Origin: Thermodesulfobacteriota bacterium
GTDB lineage: Bacteria; Desulfobacterota_D; UBA1144; Nemesobacterales; UBA2774
Assembly (NCBI GenBank): GCA_965223335.1
Contig: OZ244991.1
Location: 1,888,001 to 1,952,000 of the forward strand
Reading direction: 5' to 3'
Length of the DNA: 64,000 bases
Under the pieces are notes generated by a model that searched no databases, was not told the DNA's origin, and worked only from the letters and a program-made list of their open reading frames with translations. Of this stretch, positions 19,318-30,408 are shown piece by piece (positions within the stretch are counted from its first letter, which is position 1; each line of letters begins with the position of its first letter). The position numbers and the translations under genes are program-made.

Positions 19318-20037
19318 ATGGCAAGACCTAAACTAAGTCCCGATGAGAGAATTATAATTGCACTCGACAACCCTAATCTTGATGATGCTATCGGGCTTGT
19401 AAGCAGACTAAAAAACAGAGTCAGTACTTTTAAAGTAGGGCCGATACTTTACTTGGAAAACGGACAGTCTGCGATTGAGCAGCTATCCGATGAAGGAGTG
19501 TCTGTTTTCCTCGACCTTAAATTCCACGACATACCAAACACGGTTGCTAAGGCTGCCTCGACTATAGTTAAACACAGTCTTAAGATGTTTACCCTGCACG
19601 CGATGGGTGGTGTGGAGATGATGAGTGCGGCTTGTGGTGCTGTGGGGGAGGAGGCGGAGAGGTTGGGCTGTGAGAGGCCGCTTGTGTTGGCGGTGACTGT
19701 GCTTACGAGCCACGACAGTGAGGGTTTGCGCGAGATCGGATTTGCATCGAATTCACAAGACCAGGTGCTTAGGTTGGCGGAGCTGGCGGAAAGTGCCGGG
19801 GTGGACGGGCTGGTGGCGTCGGGCTTAGAGGCCTCTGTGCTACGAAGAGAGTTCGGCGACAGGTTCACACTGGTGGTGCCGGGGATAAGACTAGGGCAGG
19901 ACACACAAGACCAAAAAAGGGTAATGACACCTAGAAATGCAGTTGAAAACGGTGCGGATTATCTGGTAGTGGGCAGGGCAGTGACCGAGTCGGATGACCC
20001 CGAGTCGGTGGTCGGTGAAATCATTAATTCCATATGA
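19318..20037 (+). CDS. pyrF: Orotidine 5'-phosphate decarboxylase
   Basis: IIALD, FLDLKFHDIPNTV, VTVLTS, PGIR, DQKRV, VVGR. Confidence 0.97.
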   Translation: MARPKLSPDERIIIALDNPNLDDAIGLVSRLKNRVSTFKVGPILYLENGQSAIEQLSDEGVSVFLDLKFHDIPNTVAKAASTIVKHSLKMFTLHAMGGVEMMSAACGAVGEEAERLGCERPLVLAVTVLTSHDSEGLREIGFASNSQDQVLRLAELAESAGVDGLVASGLEASVLRREFGDRFTLVVPGIRLGQDTQDQKRVMTPRNAVENGADYLVVGRAVTESDDPESVVGEIINSI

Positions 20038-20110
20038 TAATTTAAATGATTATTTGAAAGCTGCCCGGGTGAACTTAAATCTTGTGTTTTACATATTTGT
20101 AAGATTCTCT

Positions 20111-20866
20111 TTATTTTTCTAAGAACCTTTCATAATCAGTGCCGACCAAAGCCTTTTCCACTTCGTCGTAATTGGCTAGGGAATCCCTCAGTGATTGAGG
20201 TGAGACTTTTTGATATTCGGTGCCTACTTTTGCTGATTCAATTCCAAGAAAGTTGCAGATGTTGTCTACAGTGTTCTGATGGTTTTCCTCGGGGAGTAAA
20301 TCTGTCTCGTAAGTAACAGTAGTGAAATCGAGGCCTTCTAGGGATCTGCACTCAAATTCACCGAGCTCTCGGCTCCTGTCCATCTGTCTTAGTAGTTCTT
20401 TTGTATCGACTCTCAATTGCTCGGCTTTATGCTCAACATTTTTTTTCTTGTGATAGCCAAAGGCCATTCCACGTATCAAGGAGAGGGATTGTTCCAGAAT
20501 ATTTTCGCGTACCAAGTAGACAATTCTGTACCCGTGCTGAGACAGCTCTCTTATGAAAATGTTGCTGTCTTTGATCGGTTGCTGGTCTCTTATCTGGAAA
20601 CTGAGCAATTTACACCCATATGTCGGTGCACTAGATATTGATGTTCTAGCCAACACATGGGCTTTGGGAAATAGAACATTGTCGTATAGGATCTCACCGT
20701 CACAATGAACATGCGGTAGTGAGTGCATAAGGCTCACAAGTGTTGTGCTTCCCGTGCGTTCTCTGCCGAATATGACAAATCTACTTCCAGGTAATTCTGA
20801 CCGCTTTATTTGATGTAATAAACAAAGTCTTAGGTGTCCGGCGTAGATATGTAAAGACTTGAGCAT
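20111..20866 (-). CDS. PAPS-dependent sulfotransferase (Stf0-like)
   Basis: 5'-PSB FVIFGRERTGSTTL, 3'-PB YLVRENILEQSLS, VTYETDL, LANYDEV. Confidence 0.8.
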   Translation of the reverse strand: MLKSLHIYAGHLRLCLLHQIKRSELPGSRFVIFGRERTGSTTLVSLMHSLPHVHCDGEILYDNVLFPKAHVLARTSISSAPTYGCKLLSFQIRDQQPIKDSNIFIRELSQHGYRIVYLVRENILEQSLSLIRGMAFGYHKKKNVEHKAEQLRVDTKELLRQMDRSRELGEFECRSLEGLDFTTVTYETDLLPEENHQNTVDNICNFLGIESAKVGTEYQKVSPQSLRDSLANYDEVEKALVGTDYERFLEK

Positions 20867-20993
20867 GCTGCTTCCTTATCAAAAACCTCTTATACTCTAT
20901 ACTCTGGCTTGATCAATCGCTTATGGTTGCAGGCATATAACCTGTATATTAATAATTATACACTCAGATGATTAAGATAGAGTACAGTGCGGA

Positions 20994-23603
20994 TTAACCT
21001 GATGCTGCTTTCTTCTTTTCACCCCTGTTTTCAAATACCAACTCGCCATACTTATCACCGTCAATGATAACATGGTCCCCCTCTTTGAAGGTGCCTTTTA
21101 GTATTTCGGTAGCGAGAGGGTCCTGGATAAGTTTTTGCATAGTCCTCTTAAGCGGGCGTGCACCGTACACGGGGTCATAGCCCTTCTCTGAGATTGTCTC
21201 TTTGGCTCTGTCGGTGAGTTCGAGGTTGATTTTCCTGTCTAACAGGCGTTTTTGCAGGTGAGTGACCTGAATATCTACGATCTCTTTTATCTGCTCTAGC
21301 CCAAGGGGTTTAAATATGATGGTCTCGTCGATCCTGTTTAAGAACTCGGGCCTAAAAGATTCTCTAAGTATCTCGGTTACTTTCTGTTCCATCTCGCCCG
21401 GGTTGTCTACAAGCTCCTGGATGTAATGACTGCCGAGGTTGGAGGTCATGATGATAACAGTGTTTTTGAAATCAACTGTTCTACCCTGGCCGTCAGTAAG
21501 ACGTCCGTCATCTAGGATCTGAAGCAGTACGTTGAACACATCGGTGTGTGCCTTTTCGATCTCGTCAAACAGTATTACAGCGTAAGGCCGTCTGCGAATG
21601 GCTTCGGTGAGCTGGCCCCCGGAATCGTAACCCACATAACCGGGAGGAGCACCTATGAGTCGCGACACTGTGTGTTTCTCCATATACTCACTCATGTCGA
21701 TCCTGACTGTTGCGTTTTCGTCGTCGAACATAAACTCTGCAAGTGCCCTGGCGAGCTCGGTTTTACCGACCCCTGTGGGTCCAAGGAATATAAATGAGCC
21801 TATTGGGCGGTTGGGGTCGGAGAGACCTGCGCGCGATCTCCTAAGTGCATTGGACACGGCAGTTATGGCATTGTCTTGACCTATCACACGCTCGGAGATT
21901 CTCTGTTCCATGTGGATCAGTTTCTCGACTTCCCCCTCCATAAGCCTAGAGACCGGGATACCGGTCCATTTTGAGATAATGGCCGCAATGTCCTCGGCAT
22001 CTACCTCTTCTTTTAGCATTTTGCTGCTCTTTTGTATCTCGGCCAGCTCTTTGCTCAGTGTGTCGAGTTTATCGTTTAGATCGGGAAGTTTTCCGTAAAG
22101 CAGCTCAGAGGCCTTAGAGAGCTCACCCGAGCGCTGGGCTTTCTCGGCGTCGATCTTCAACTCGTCAATTGCCTCTTTAATAGTACGTATTTCGGTTATA
22201 TGGTCTTTTTCGCGCTGCCAGTGAGCCTTTAGAGCATTGGATTCTTCGCTTAGGTTGGCAATATTCTTTTCTATCTCGGTTAATTTTTCTCGAGAGGCGT
22301 CGTCCTTTTCTTTTTTGAGAGCCTGTCGTTCAATCTCCAACTGCATAATCCGCCTCTCGATATCGTCAATCTCTGTGGGCAGGGAATCTATCTCTATTTT
22401 TAAGCGTGCAGCGGACTCGTCAATAAGGTCCACGGCTTTATCGGGCAGGAACCTGCCTGTGATGTAGCGGTGGGATAATACTGCCGCAGCTATAAGAGCA
22501 TCGTCTTTAATCTTTACACCATGGTGGATTTCGTACTTCTCCTTTACCCCACGTAGTATTGTGATGGTCTCTTCCACTGTGGGTTCGTCTACGTATACCT
22601 GTTGGAATCTGCGCTCGAGTGCGGCGTCTTTTTCGATGTATTTTCTAAACTCATCTAGAGTTGTGGCACCAATACAGTGGAGCTCGCCCCGGGCCAATGC
22701 GGGCTTTAGCATATTGGAGGCGTCCATTGCACCCTCTGTAGCCCCGGCACCCACAACCGTATGAATCTCGTCTATAAACAATATGACCTCGCCGTCTGAG
22801 TCTGTGACCTCTTTAAGGACTGCTTTTAGGCGTTCTTCGAACTGTCCCCTAAACTTTGCTCCTGCTATAAGAGCGCCTATGTCTAGTGCCACAAGGCGTT
22901 TATTCTTAAGACCCTCGGGTACGTCTCCGTTTACAATCCGCTGTGCGAGGCCCTCAACTATTGCTGTCTTACCCACCCCGGGCTCTCCAATAAGCACAGG
23001 GTTGTTTTTGGTCCTCCTTGAAAGCACTTGTATAACACGTCTTATCTCTTCGTCGCGTCCTATGACAGGGTCGGTTTTCCCTTGTCGTGCGATCTCTGTG
23101 AAATCCTTACCATACTGCTTGAGTGCCTGGAAGGTGTCTTCGGGGGACTGAGAGGTAACGTTTTGCCCACCCCTTACTTCGTTTAATACATTTAGAATCT
23201 TGTCGCGTGTGATACCGAGTTTCTTGAACTCGTTTTTAATATCGCCTGTGGAATCCTGGGCGATTCCTAAGAGCAGGTGTTCGGTACTTATGTATTCATC
23301 ACCGAGTGACTTGGCCTCTTTCTCTGCGGTCTTAAACGCTTTGCCAAGCTCTTTGCTTATGTATACCTGTCCATCTTCGGATTTTACTTTGGGAAGCTTG
23401 TTGATTCCGTTCTCTGCAATTTCTCGTACAACATCGGCGTTCACACCGATTTTACCCAGTGTGTCGGTAGGGATGCCGCTTTGGTCAAGCAGGGTAGCGA
23501 GCAGGTGGGGTATGTCTATAACCTGGTTTTGTTTAGACTCTGCCAGGGATTGTGCTTCGGTTAGAGCTTCTTGTGCTTTTATTGTCAATTTGTCGAATTT
23601 CAT
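20994..23603 (-). CDS. clpB: ATP-dependent chaperone ClpB
   Basis: Two AAA+ modules ([16 protein letters not shown]) and a coiled-coil M domain; start ATG 23603 after GGGAGG. Confidence 0.98.
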   Translation of the reverse strand: MKFDKLTIKAQEALTEAQSLAESKQNQVIDIPHLLATLLDQSGIPTDTLGKIGVNADVVREIAENGINKLPKVKSEDGQVYISKELGKAFKTAEKEAKSLGDEYISTEHLLLGIAQDSTGDIKNEFKKLGITRDKILNVLNEVRGGQNVTSQSPEDTFQALKQYGKDFTEIARQGKTDPVIGRDEEIRRVIQVLSRRTKNNPVLIGEPGVGKTAIVEGLAQRIVNGDVPEGLKNKRLVALDIGALIAGAKFRGQFEERLKAVLKEVTDSDGEVILFIDEIHTVVGAGATEGAMDASNMLKPALARGELHCIGATTLDEFRKYIEKDAALERRFQQVYVDEPTVEETITILRGVKEKYEIHHGVKIKDDALIAAAVLSHRYITGRFLPDKAVDLIDESAARLKIEIDSLPTEIDDIERRIMQLEIERQALKKEKDDASREKLTEIEKNIANLSEESNALKAHWQREKDHITEIRTIKEAIDELKIDAEKAQRSGELSKASELLYGKLPDLNDKLDTLSKELAEIQKSSKMLKEEVDAEDIAAIISKWTGIPVSRLMEGEVEKLIHMEQRISERVIGQDNAITAVSNALRRSRAGLSDPNRPIGSFIFLGPTGVGKTELARALAEFMFDDENATVRIDMSEYMEKHTVSRLIGAPPGYVGYDSGGQLTEAIRRRPYAVILFDEIEKAHTDVFNVLLQILDDGRLTDGQGRTVDFKNTVIIMTSNLGSHYIQELVDNPGEMEQKVTEILRESFRPEFLNRIDETIIFKPLGLEQIKEIVDIQVTHLQKRLLDRKINLELTDRAKETISEKGYDPVYGARPLKRTMQKLIQDPLATEILKGTFKEGDHVIIDGDKYGELVFENRGEKKKAASG

Positions 23604-23800
23604 ATTGGTAAATGCCTCCCTCAATATAGCCTTATAGACTTAAAATATTCCATTTTTTCGGGATTTCAAGACGCTCTATTGCATGGACTGAAGAACGATT
23701 TTTATGTACGAGCTATACGGAGTTATGAAGTATAGGGGAATGAAACTGTTTTTTCTGTGTTTTCAGGTTATTACACGTTACGTTAATTGTCTCGAATTAC

Positions 23801-23829
23801 TTGACAAAATTATCTGAAAATAATATTAT
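23801..23829 (+). promoter_or_regulatory. Near-consensus sigma70 promoter of the nitroreductase operon
   Basis: TTGACA (23801-23806)-17-TATTAT (23824-23829). Confidence 0.7.
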
Positions 23830-23876
23830 GGTTCTCTGTGATCATAAAATTTAATTGATTTTTAAGGAGGGAAAAA

Positions 23877-24904
23877 TGAGTAGTCAATTGATTATTGATG
23901 ATGTGCCACAAGCATCGGATGTTCAACAATTAGATGCTATGGAGGCTATAGGTATCAGAAGGTCTATCAGATGGTACGAGCCGCATAAACCAGTGGAAAG
24001 ATGGAAGGTGCAGGCGATGCTTGAAGCCGCTAGAGTTGCACCGTCGGCCGGTAACTTTAACGGTCAAAGAGCGATTGTTGTTTATAGGGACGAAGATCCT
24101 GAGATCTGGGAGTTTATTTCTGACTGGAGTCAGATTACTACACAGATGGCACCTATATTGATCTTCTGGTGTTACGACTTGGCAAACTATGATACACAAG
24201 GCCAGTCAATTCACGACTTGATGAGAACAGGGGCTCTGGATAAAGCACACGGATGGGAATATGACAGAGTATCAAACCTTTTCCCTCTGCCGGGTCTGTT
24301 GCCTGACGCTATTATGCATAGGTTGGCAGGTATTGACCTTGGAAACGCAATTCAGAATGCAATGATCGTAGCATCGTCACTTGGGCTCGGAACATGCTTA
24401 AACGGTGCCAGCGGTGGTGCCAGAAGAAATACTAAGTCTAAGTTCGGTTTGCCCGATACTTATGTGTTTAGCTGGCTTATGACTGTAGGTTATCCCGCAG
24501 AGAATATAGATGGTGGAGGAGCCAGGTCGCGTCCCCCGTTTGGAAACATGTTCTTTGAAAAGAGAGTGGGAAACTCATTTAGAAGAGACGAAAATGTTGT
24601 TGAACTACTAAAAGAGCTAAAACTTATTCAGCCTCCTGGTCCGCTGCCCGGCAGGCTAGAAGAGATCAACAAGCTCACAAAACGCTTTGGGCTTGGTGAT
24701 GAATGGCTTACAGACTGGAAACTCGAGCCGTCACAGATGGGCGAAGTGGCCGGGGATAAGAGGTTCACACAGTTGTCGGCGGAAGAGGTACAGGCATCTG
24801 TGGGTACAGCTGATATTCCGGTTGATTTTGAACTGAAGCCTACGGTTAAGAGAGAGGTGTTGGACAAGTACCGTAAAGACAAAGGTATTGGCGACACTGA
24901 TTAA
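23877..24904 (+). CDS. Nitroreductase-family flavoprotein with long C-terminal extension
   Basis: RRSIRWY, APSAGN, IDLGNAIQNAMIVASSLGLGTC, TVGYP; SD AAGGAGG; start placed at the M of MSSQL (plus or minus 1 nt). Confidence 0.88.
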
Positions 24905-24946
24905 TTGAGAAAACAACAATATTAATAAAAGTTTAAGGAGGCTCAC

Positions 24947-25138
24947 ATGGCTGAAGTAACCGTAAATATTCCTGATCCTATCTACAATGTGATCAAGCAG
25001 AGGGCTGAAGATACAAACGGTACACCTGAAGGATTGATTATTGCCAACCTTGCTATAATCTTTGGTGTATCGCGCTACAACCCTGACAAATGGATCAAGA
25101 ATTTGAAAGATCAAGAAGACCTATCGAAACCTTGGTAG
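24947..25138 (+). CDS. Small protein with ribbon-helix-helix-like N-terminus
   Basis: SD AAGGAGG; EVTVNIPD strand, then helices PIYNVIKQRAE and TPEGLIIANLAIIF. Confidence 0.75.
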   Translation: MAEVTVNIPDPIYNVIKQRAEDTNGTPEGLIIANLAIIFGVSRYNPDKWIKNLKDQEDLSKPW

Positions 25139-25181
25139 TTTCTTCTTAAATAGTATTTAAAACTAGAATACGAATATAAAA

Positions 25182-25213
25182 AAGGGGGAGCAATTGCTCC
25201 CCCTTACTTTTTT
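25182..25213. terminator. Bidirectional rho-independent terminator
   Basis: Perfect 24-bp palindrome AAGGGGGAGCAATTGCTCCCCCTT (25182-25205) flanked by A and T runs, between convergent genes. Confidence 0.9.
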
Positions 25214-25304
25214 GTTGTATTCATATACAACTTTCACAGTTGCCTGTAATTATCAATAATCATTTGCTAATTTTTCGATACAGTCGCGGCAGTTAATTCC
25301 GGGT

Positions 25305-26447
25305 CTAAATACCCAGCTCTCTAGCTATAACTACATGTTGTATCTCTGAGGTTCCCTCGGTAATCGAGGCTAATTTAGCGTCACGGTAATACCTTTCTAC
25401 GGGGAACTCGACACCATAGCCGTAACCGCCCAGCACCTGGACTGCCTCTGTCGCTACTGACTGGACGACATCGGCTGCATAGAGCTTTGCCATAGAGGCC
25501 TCTTTAAGTGCTTTTTGGTCGTTGCTGTATAACCATGCCGCTTTGTACACAAGCAGACGTGCGGTTTCGATTTTTACGGCCATCTCTGCAAGCTTAAAAC
25601 TTATGGCCTGGAACTTGGATATCGGTCTGCCGAACGCCTCCCTTTCCTTGGAGTAGTTGAGAGCAAAATCAAATGCAGCCTGTGCCAGGCCGACTGATTT
25701 AGCCGCGTGAGTGATACGTGCGCCAAGTAGTGTAGCCATAGCTCCGTTGAAGCCGCCCTCGCCAACTAGAAGGTTTTCTTCAGGTATCTCACAGTTCTCA
25801 AACACAAGCTCTGCGGTGTCGGCTGAGCGGTGGCCTAGTTTGTGGATTTTGTTTTTTTCTGTAAACCCTGGGGCATCGCTGTCTATAATAAAGAGGCTTA
25901 TCCCGGTACCTTTTTTGCTCTTGTCAGTATAAGCGGCCACTATTACGAAATCACACATGGTACCGTTTGTGATCCATGTCTTTGTGCCGTTTATAATGTA
26001 GCTACCGTTTTTCTTTGTGGCTGTGGCTCTGATGCTTCTGGCATCGGACCCGGCGTCGGGTTCAGTGAGCCCAAGTGCTCCTATTATCTTGCCTTCGATG
26101 CCGGGGATTAGGTACTTTTCTTTTTGTGCATCGGTGCCGAACTTATCGATGGGTACCATGGACAGGCTCGTGTGGGCATTTACGCACATGGCAATGCCGG
26201 CGTTTATACGGCCCATCTCCTCGGCGAAAATGCACTCGGTAATCTTGTCGAGATCCACCCCGCCGTATTCTTCGGGGAATGCAATTCCTAGGAAACCCAT
26301 TTCACCTAGTTTAGGGAATATCTCTACAGGGAATTTCTCGTTGGCCTCAGCGTCCTCAACAAGAGGGGCAATCTCGTTTTCCCCGAAATCCCTAATAGTG
26401 TCGCGAAACATTTTTTGCTCATCAGTAAGCTCAAAATCTACCGGCAT
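25305..26447 (-). CDS. Acyl-CoA dehydrogenase
   Basis: LTEPDAGSD, NGTKTWITN, REAFGRPISKFQAI, QVLGGYGY, ITEGTSEIQ. Confidence 0.96.
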   Translation of the reverse strand: MPVDFELTDEQKMFRDTIRDFGENEIAPLVEDAEANEKFPVEIFPKLGEMGFLGIAFPEEYGGVDLDKITECIFAEEMGRINAGIAMCVNAHTSLSMVPIDKFGTDAQKEKYLIPGIEGKIIGALGLTEPDAGSDARSIRATATKKNGSYIINGTKTWITNGTMCDFVIVAAYTDKSKKGTGISLFIIDSDAPGFTEKNKIHKLGHRSADTAELVFENCEIPEENLLVGEGGFNGAMATLLGARITHAAKSVGLAQAAFDFALNYSKEREAFGRPISKFQAISFKLAEMAVKIETARLLVYKAAWLYSNDQKALKEASMAKLYAADVVQSVATEAVQVLGGYGYGVEFPVERYYRDAKLASITEGTSEIQHVVIARELGI

Positions 26448-26620
26448 TTCTTACTCCTCCGTTCATATCTTTTGTGTTTTTGGATAGTGTTCTTGGAACG
26501 TTGATTATATCATGTTTATCTCATTAAGTTAAGAAAAATCGTCGCCGAGTGCGCTTTAGCTTGACATTTAGGTAAGGATATTATAGATAAATAATAGAAA
26601 ATAGATAAGGAGGTACGATC

Positions 26621-26827
26621 ATGGCTGTAGCAAGAGTTTCAGAGATTATAGGATCATCGGAAAAATCGTGGGAGGACGCTGTACAGAACGCACTGGAAAG
26701 AGCTAACCAGACATTAAGGGGACTTACCGGGTTGGAAGTTACCAAACTTAATGCTGCAATAGGTGCAGACGGTCAGGTAACTGAGTATAGAGCACACATT
26801 AAAATAACTTTTATCTTAGACGACTAA
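26621..26827 (+). CDS. Dodecin-family protein
   Basis: EIIGSSEKSWEDAVQNALERA...EYRAHIKITF; SD AAGGAGG. Confidence 0.9.
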   Translation: MAVARVSEIIGSSEKSWEDAVQNALERANQTLRGLTGLEVTKLNAAIGADGQVTEYRAHIKITFILDD

Positions 26828-26882
26828 AATGTTGCCGTTCTAAATCTTAATTACCAAGACACTTAAGAGTTTTAAAAAGCAA

Positions 26883-26912
26883 GAAGCCTTTAGGATAAGT
26901 CCTAAAGGCTTC
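26883..26912. terminator. Rho-independent terminator between convergent genes
   Basis: GAAGCCTTTAGGA-TAAG-TCCTAAAGGCTTC, a 13-bp perfect stem. Confidence 0.85.
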
Positions 26913-26957
26913 GTTGTATTTGATGGGTTCTAAGTCGTCTTATTCGATATACACTGA

Positions 26958-28586
26958 TTAATTGCTCTCAGAGAATTTTTTAGCATGTTCAACAGCAGCA
27001 GTTTGGGAATCGGCGTTCTGTGTGAGTTCTATGAGCTGTTGGTAATAAACCATGGCTTTCTCTTTGTCTCCTGCGGCTTCGGCTGCACGCCCCGCACCGT
27101 ATAGGGCATAGTAGCGGTTAGGCGAGATTTTTAGACTTGCCTCGTATGCAGCTAGTGCATCTGCAGGTCTATCGGACATAATCAGCATATCGCCGTACAT
27201 ATCACGTGCCGGCATCACGGCACCGGGGGTGACTGGGTGTTTGTCCATGGAGTCTTCGAGATCAGCGGCCTCGCTCATCATAAGAAGTCCTTGTTCCTTG
27301 TCACCGCTTGCGTATGTGATCCAGGCGTCTACTGTTTGTCGTTGGGCGTCGACTATTACACCCCAGTACTTATCACCGCTATCCACTGTGTTTTGATAGA
27401 GCTCGTCGAGCTTGGCTTTATTTTTTTTTGCCCCCTCCACATCACCGTTTCTAGCGGCTCCGAGACCCTTGGCATAGTATGTAATGGCCTCGTACTGGGG
27501 GTGTTTGTCCCAGGGGAAGCTGGCATGGGTCCTGGTGCCCAGAGATGCTGCTTCTGCCCACTCTGCGCGTTCGAGCGGATAGCGGGCCTGTGCTGCGGCT
27601 ATGCCGTAGGCCGAGGCAAAACTGTCTTGGTAGTCCTTAATACTGTTTACCTTGTTTAAGAGCTCAACTGCTTTTTGGTATTGGCCCTGCTGGAGGTATG
27701 CATACATCAAATAGTCCACTGCGTGTATATAGTGAAGGGACATTGTGTCGGTGGACTGACGCTTCGCGGAATCTGCTGAACGTATGTTCCAGGTTATAGT
27801 CTCGGGCCACATACCTAGTCTTACAAAAATATGGCTCGGCATATGGAGCGCGTGAGGGACATCGGGTGCGATTTTGTCGTAGTCCCTGGCTACCGGTACA
27901 GCACGTTTGGCAAGTACGGGGTTATCGTATGCGTGGATGGTGTAGTGGAAAAGACCGGGGTGCTCGGGGTATTGCTTGTGTAATTTCTCAAGCAAAGCAC
28001 CCGCGGCTTTTTGGTTCTTAAAACTCTTGTCGGCTTTAGGAGCGGTTGCAAGTAAAGAGAGAGAATAGAATGCACCTGCATTTACATCTTCGGGGTTGGC
28101 ATCTAAGACATTTTTTTGTCCGTCTGACCAGGCTTGGATTCTGGATTTGTGATCTGTGGTATCCCAGTCTGTATAAAACGCCGCGACTGCATCTACGTAG
28201 GACTGTTCCCGTGGGGTGCCGGGCTTAAGCTCGTTTGCCTTCATAGCGGCTTCGTGTCCTTTCTTGAGCTCTTTTTTGCTGGGTGGTGCCCACAGAGGAT
28301 GAAACTGTGTCATTGCGATCCCCCAATAGGCCATGGCACAGTCGGGGTCTATCTCCAGTACCTTTAGCAACTCTTGTTCGGCCTGTGCATACATCATGTG
28401 GTGGAGTAGCGCCACGGAACTGTTAATTGTTTCTGCAGCTTCTGGTTTACACGAGTTTGAAAACTCGACAACTCCCAAGGTTTTCTGTTTGGCAAATGCC
28501 CCATCTATAAAACCCTTCGGACCCACTGATAAAACAAGACCTGAAGCAACTAACAAAGAAAATATTATGATACTTTGTCTAATCAT
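26958..28586 (-). CDS. Secreted TPR-like alpha-solenoid protein with His-rich motifs
   Basis: Signal peptide (AFA-K); DPDCAMAYWG; HPGLFHYTIHAYD; PHALHMPSHIF. Confidence 0.85.
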   Translation of the reverse strand: MIRQSIIIFSLLVASGLVLSVGPKGFIDGAFAKQKTLGVVEFSNSCKPEAAETINSSVALLHHMMYAQAEQELLKVLEIDPDCAMAYWGIAMTQFHPLWAPPSKKELKKGHEAAMKANELKPGTPREQSYVDAVAAFYTDWDTTDHKSRIQAWSDGQKNVLDANPEDVNAGAFYSLSLLATAPKADKSFKNQKAAGALLEKLHKQYPEHPGLFHYTIHAYDNPVLAKRAVPVARDYDKIAPDVPHALHMPSHIFVRLGMWPETITWNIRSADSAKRQSTDTMSLHYIHAVDYLMYAYLQQGQYQKAVELLNKVNSIKDYQDSFASAYGIAAAQARYPLERAEWAEAASLGTRTHASFPWDKHPQYEAITYYAKGLGAARNGDVEGAKKNKAKLDELYQNTVDSGDKYWGVIVDAQRQTVDAWITYASGDKEQGLLMMSEAADLEDSMDKHPVTPGAVMPARDMYGDMLIMSDRPADALAAYEASLKISPNRYYALYGAGRAAEAAGDKEKAMVYYQQLIELTQNADSQTAAVEHAKKFSESN

Positions 28587-28827
28587 TATTCATCTCCCCT
28601 TGTAATTAATAATATATATAGATTAATTTTCCCATCATTTCCATTATAAGAGATAAAAATAAAAAGTGCAAACTATTCATAAATTACGAATTCGTACATT
28701 GGAAATAAACGTATTATCAATAGAATTGAAAGGTGAGTGCAACTCGTTGTAGCGATTAATTAATTTCGATATCATAATGGTAGGATGTGAGCCTTGACAG
28801 CGTATAAAATGTTAACAGGGATGGTCA

Positions 28828-29280
28828 ATGATGAGAGCAATTTTACAGAGGGTAAAGAGTGCTTCGGTGGATGTAGATAGCAGGACTATTGCAGAGATTG
28901 GACCCGGGCTATTGGTTTTGCTGGGTGCGGGGAAAGAGGATAATGAGAGTGATGTGGACTATCTGGCGGATAAGATAAAGGGGCTTAGGATTTTCCACGA
29001 CGATCGGGGCAAGATGAACCATTCTATTGTAGACACCGGAGGAGAGGTGCTGGTCGTATCGCAGTTCACGCTTTACGGGGATGCGAGAAAAGGTAGGCGT
29101 CCTTCGTTCGATAAAGCCGCGGCACCCGAGATGGCAGAGAGCTTATACAAGCGATTCATTGCCAATATTGAGGCTGCCGCGATTAAAGTCTCATCGGGTG
29201 AGTTTGGTGCTATGATGGATGTGAGTTTGGTAAACAGCGGGCCAGTTACAATACTGCTCGATAGTAAAAAGCAGTTTTAA
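28828..29280 (+). CDS. dtd: D-aminoacyl-tRNA deacylase
   Basis: MRAILQRV, SQFTL, GRRPSF, NSGPVT. Confidence 0.97.
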   Translation: MMRAILQRVKSASVDVDSRTIAEIGPGLLVLLGAGKEDNESDVDYLADKIKGLRIFHDDRGKMNHSIVDTGGEVLVVSQFTLYGDARKGRRPSFDKAAAPEMAESLYKRFIANIEAAAIKVSSGEFGAMMDVSLVNSGPVTILLDSKKQF

Positions 29281-29331
29281 TCTCGGATCTTCCCTAATTG
29301 AATTGGCAGTTATTCAGATTATATTAACCTC

Positions 29332-29781
29332 ATGCGAAAAGTAGTGTGTAAACACCCCACGGCTAAAAGGGACTATCTGGTTGAAGAGACTTATGAGGCG
29401 GGGATAGAGCTTAGGGGCTCGGAGGTGAAATCGCTTAGGAGCAGTAACGCGAGTATAAAGGAGAGTTTTGCGCTGCTTCGTAACGGTGAGGTCTTTTTGA
29501 TAAACAGCTATATAGCACCCTACGAGTCTGCAAATGTGTTTAACCACGAGCCTAGGCGCGAGAGGAAGCTCCTTCTTCACAAGAGCGAGATAAAGAGGCT
29601 GATCGGAAAGACTCAGATAAGGGGATACACGCTAATACCCGTGCAAATTTACTTTAGCAACGGGCTTGCCAAGGTGGAGTTGGCGCTGGCCAAGGGCAGG
29701 AAATCGCATGACAAGAGGGACGACATAAAGAAGAGGGAAGCGGACCGTGAGATGGAAAAGGCTATGAAACGTAGATATTGA
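29332..29781 (+). CDS. smpB: SsrA-binding protein
   Basis: EAGIELRGSEVKSLR, NHEPRRERKLLLH, LAKGRKSHDKR. Confidence 0.98.
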   Translation: MRKVVCKHPTAKRDYLVEETYEAGIELRGSEVKSLRSSNASIKESFALLRNGEVFLINSYIAPYESANVFNHEPRRERKLLLHKSEIKRLIGKTQIRGYTLIPVQIYFSNGLAKVELALAKGRKSHDKRDDIKKREADREMEKAMKRRY

Positions 29782-29835
29782 CCTGAATAAATTAATGATT
29801 ATAGGTTAATATATATAGTAGTTGTTCTTTGAAAT

Positions 29836-30191
<356 letters not shown>

Positions 30192-30408
30192 ACCGTATTC
30201 TTATAACAATTAAATTTAGTTCACATTCATCAATCTCTTTAGTAACATCTGTCCGCATGTTGCAATCCATGCTAGATTGTGCTTGGGAGGACCTGTGGAT
30301 CTATGGTTTTTACATAGAAATTGTCCTAGTTTATCAGAGCCCCTAACTCACAAAAGTTCGAGTATGTTAATATACGGTATTTGTACTCAATGTGAGGAGA
30401 ATATATAG

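Noticed and set aside
23604..23700. CIRCE or sigma32 heat-shock element upstream of clpB
   Set aside because: No TTAGCACTC repeat; CTTGAAA is present on the minus strand but without a CCCCAT -10
30192..30408. Genomic island integrated at the tmRNA 3' end
   Set aside because: No integrase; rph follows after 217 nt. The site appears empty.
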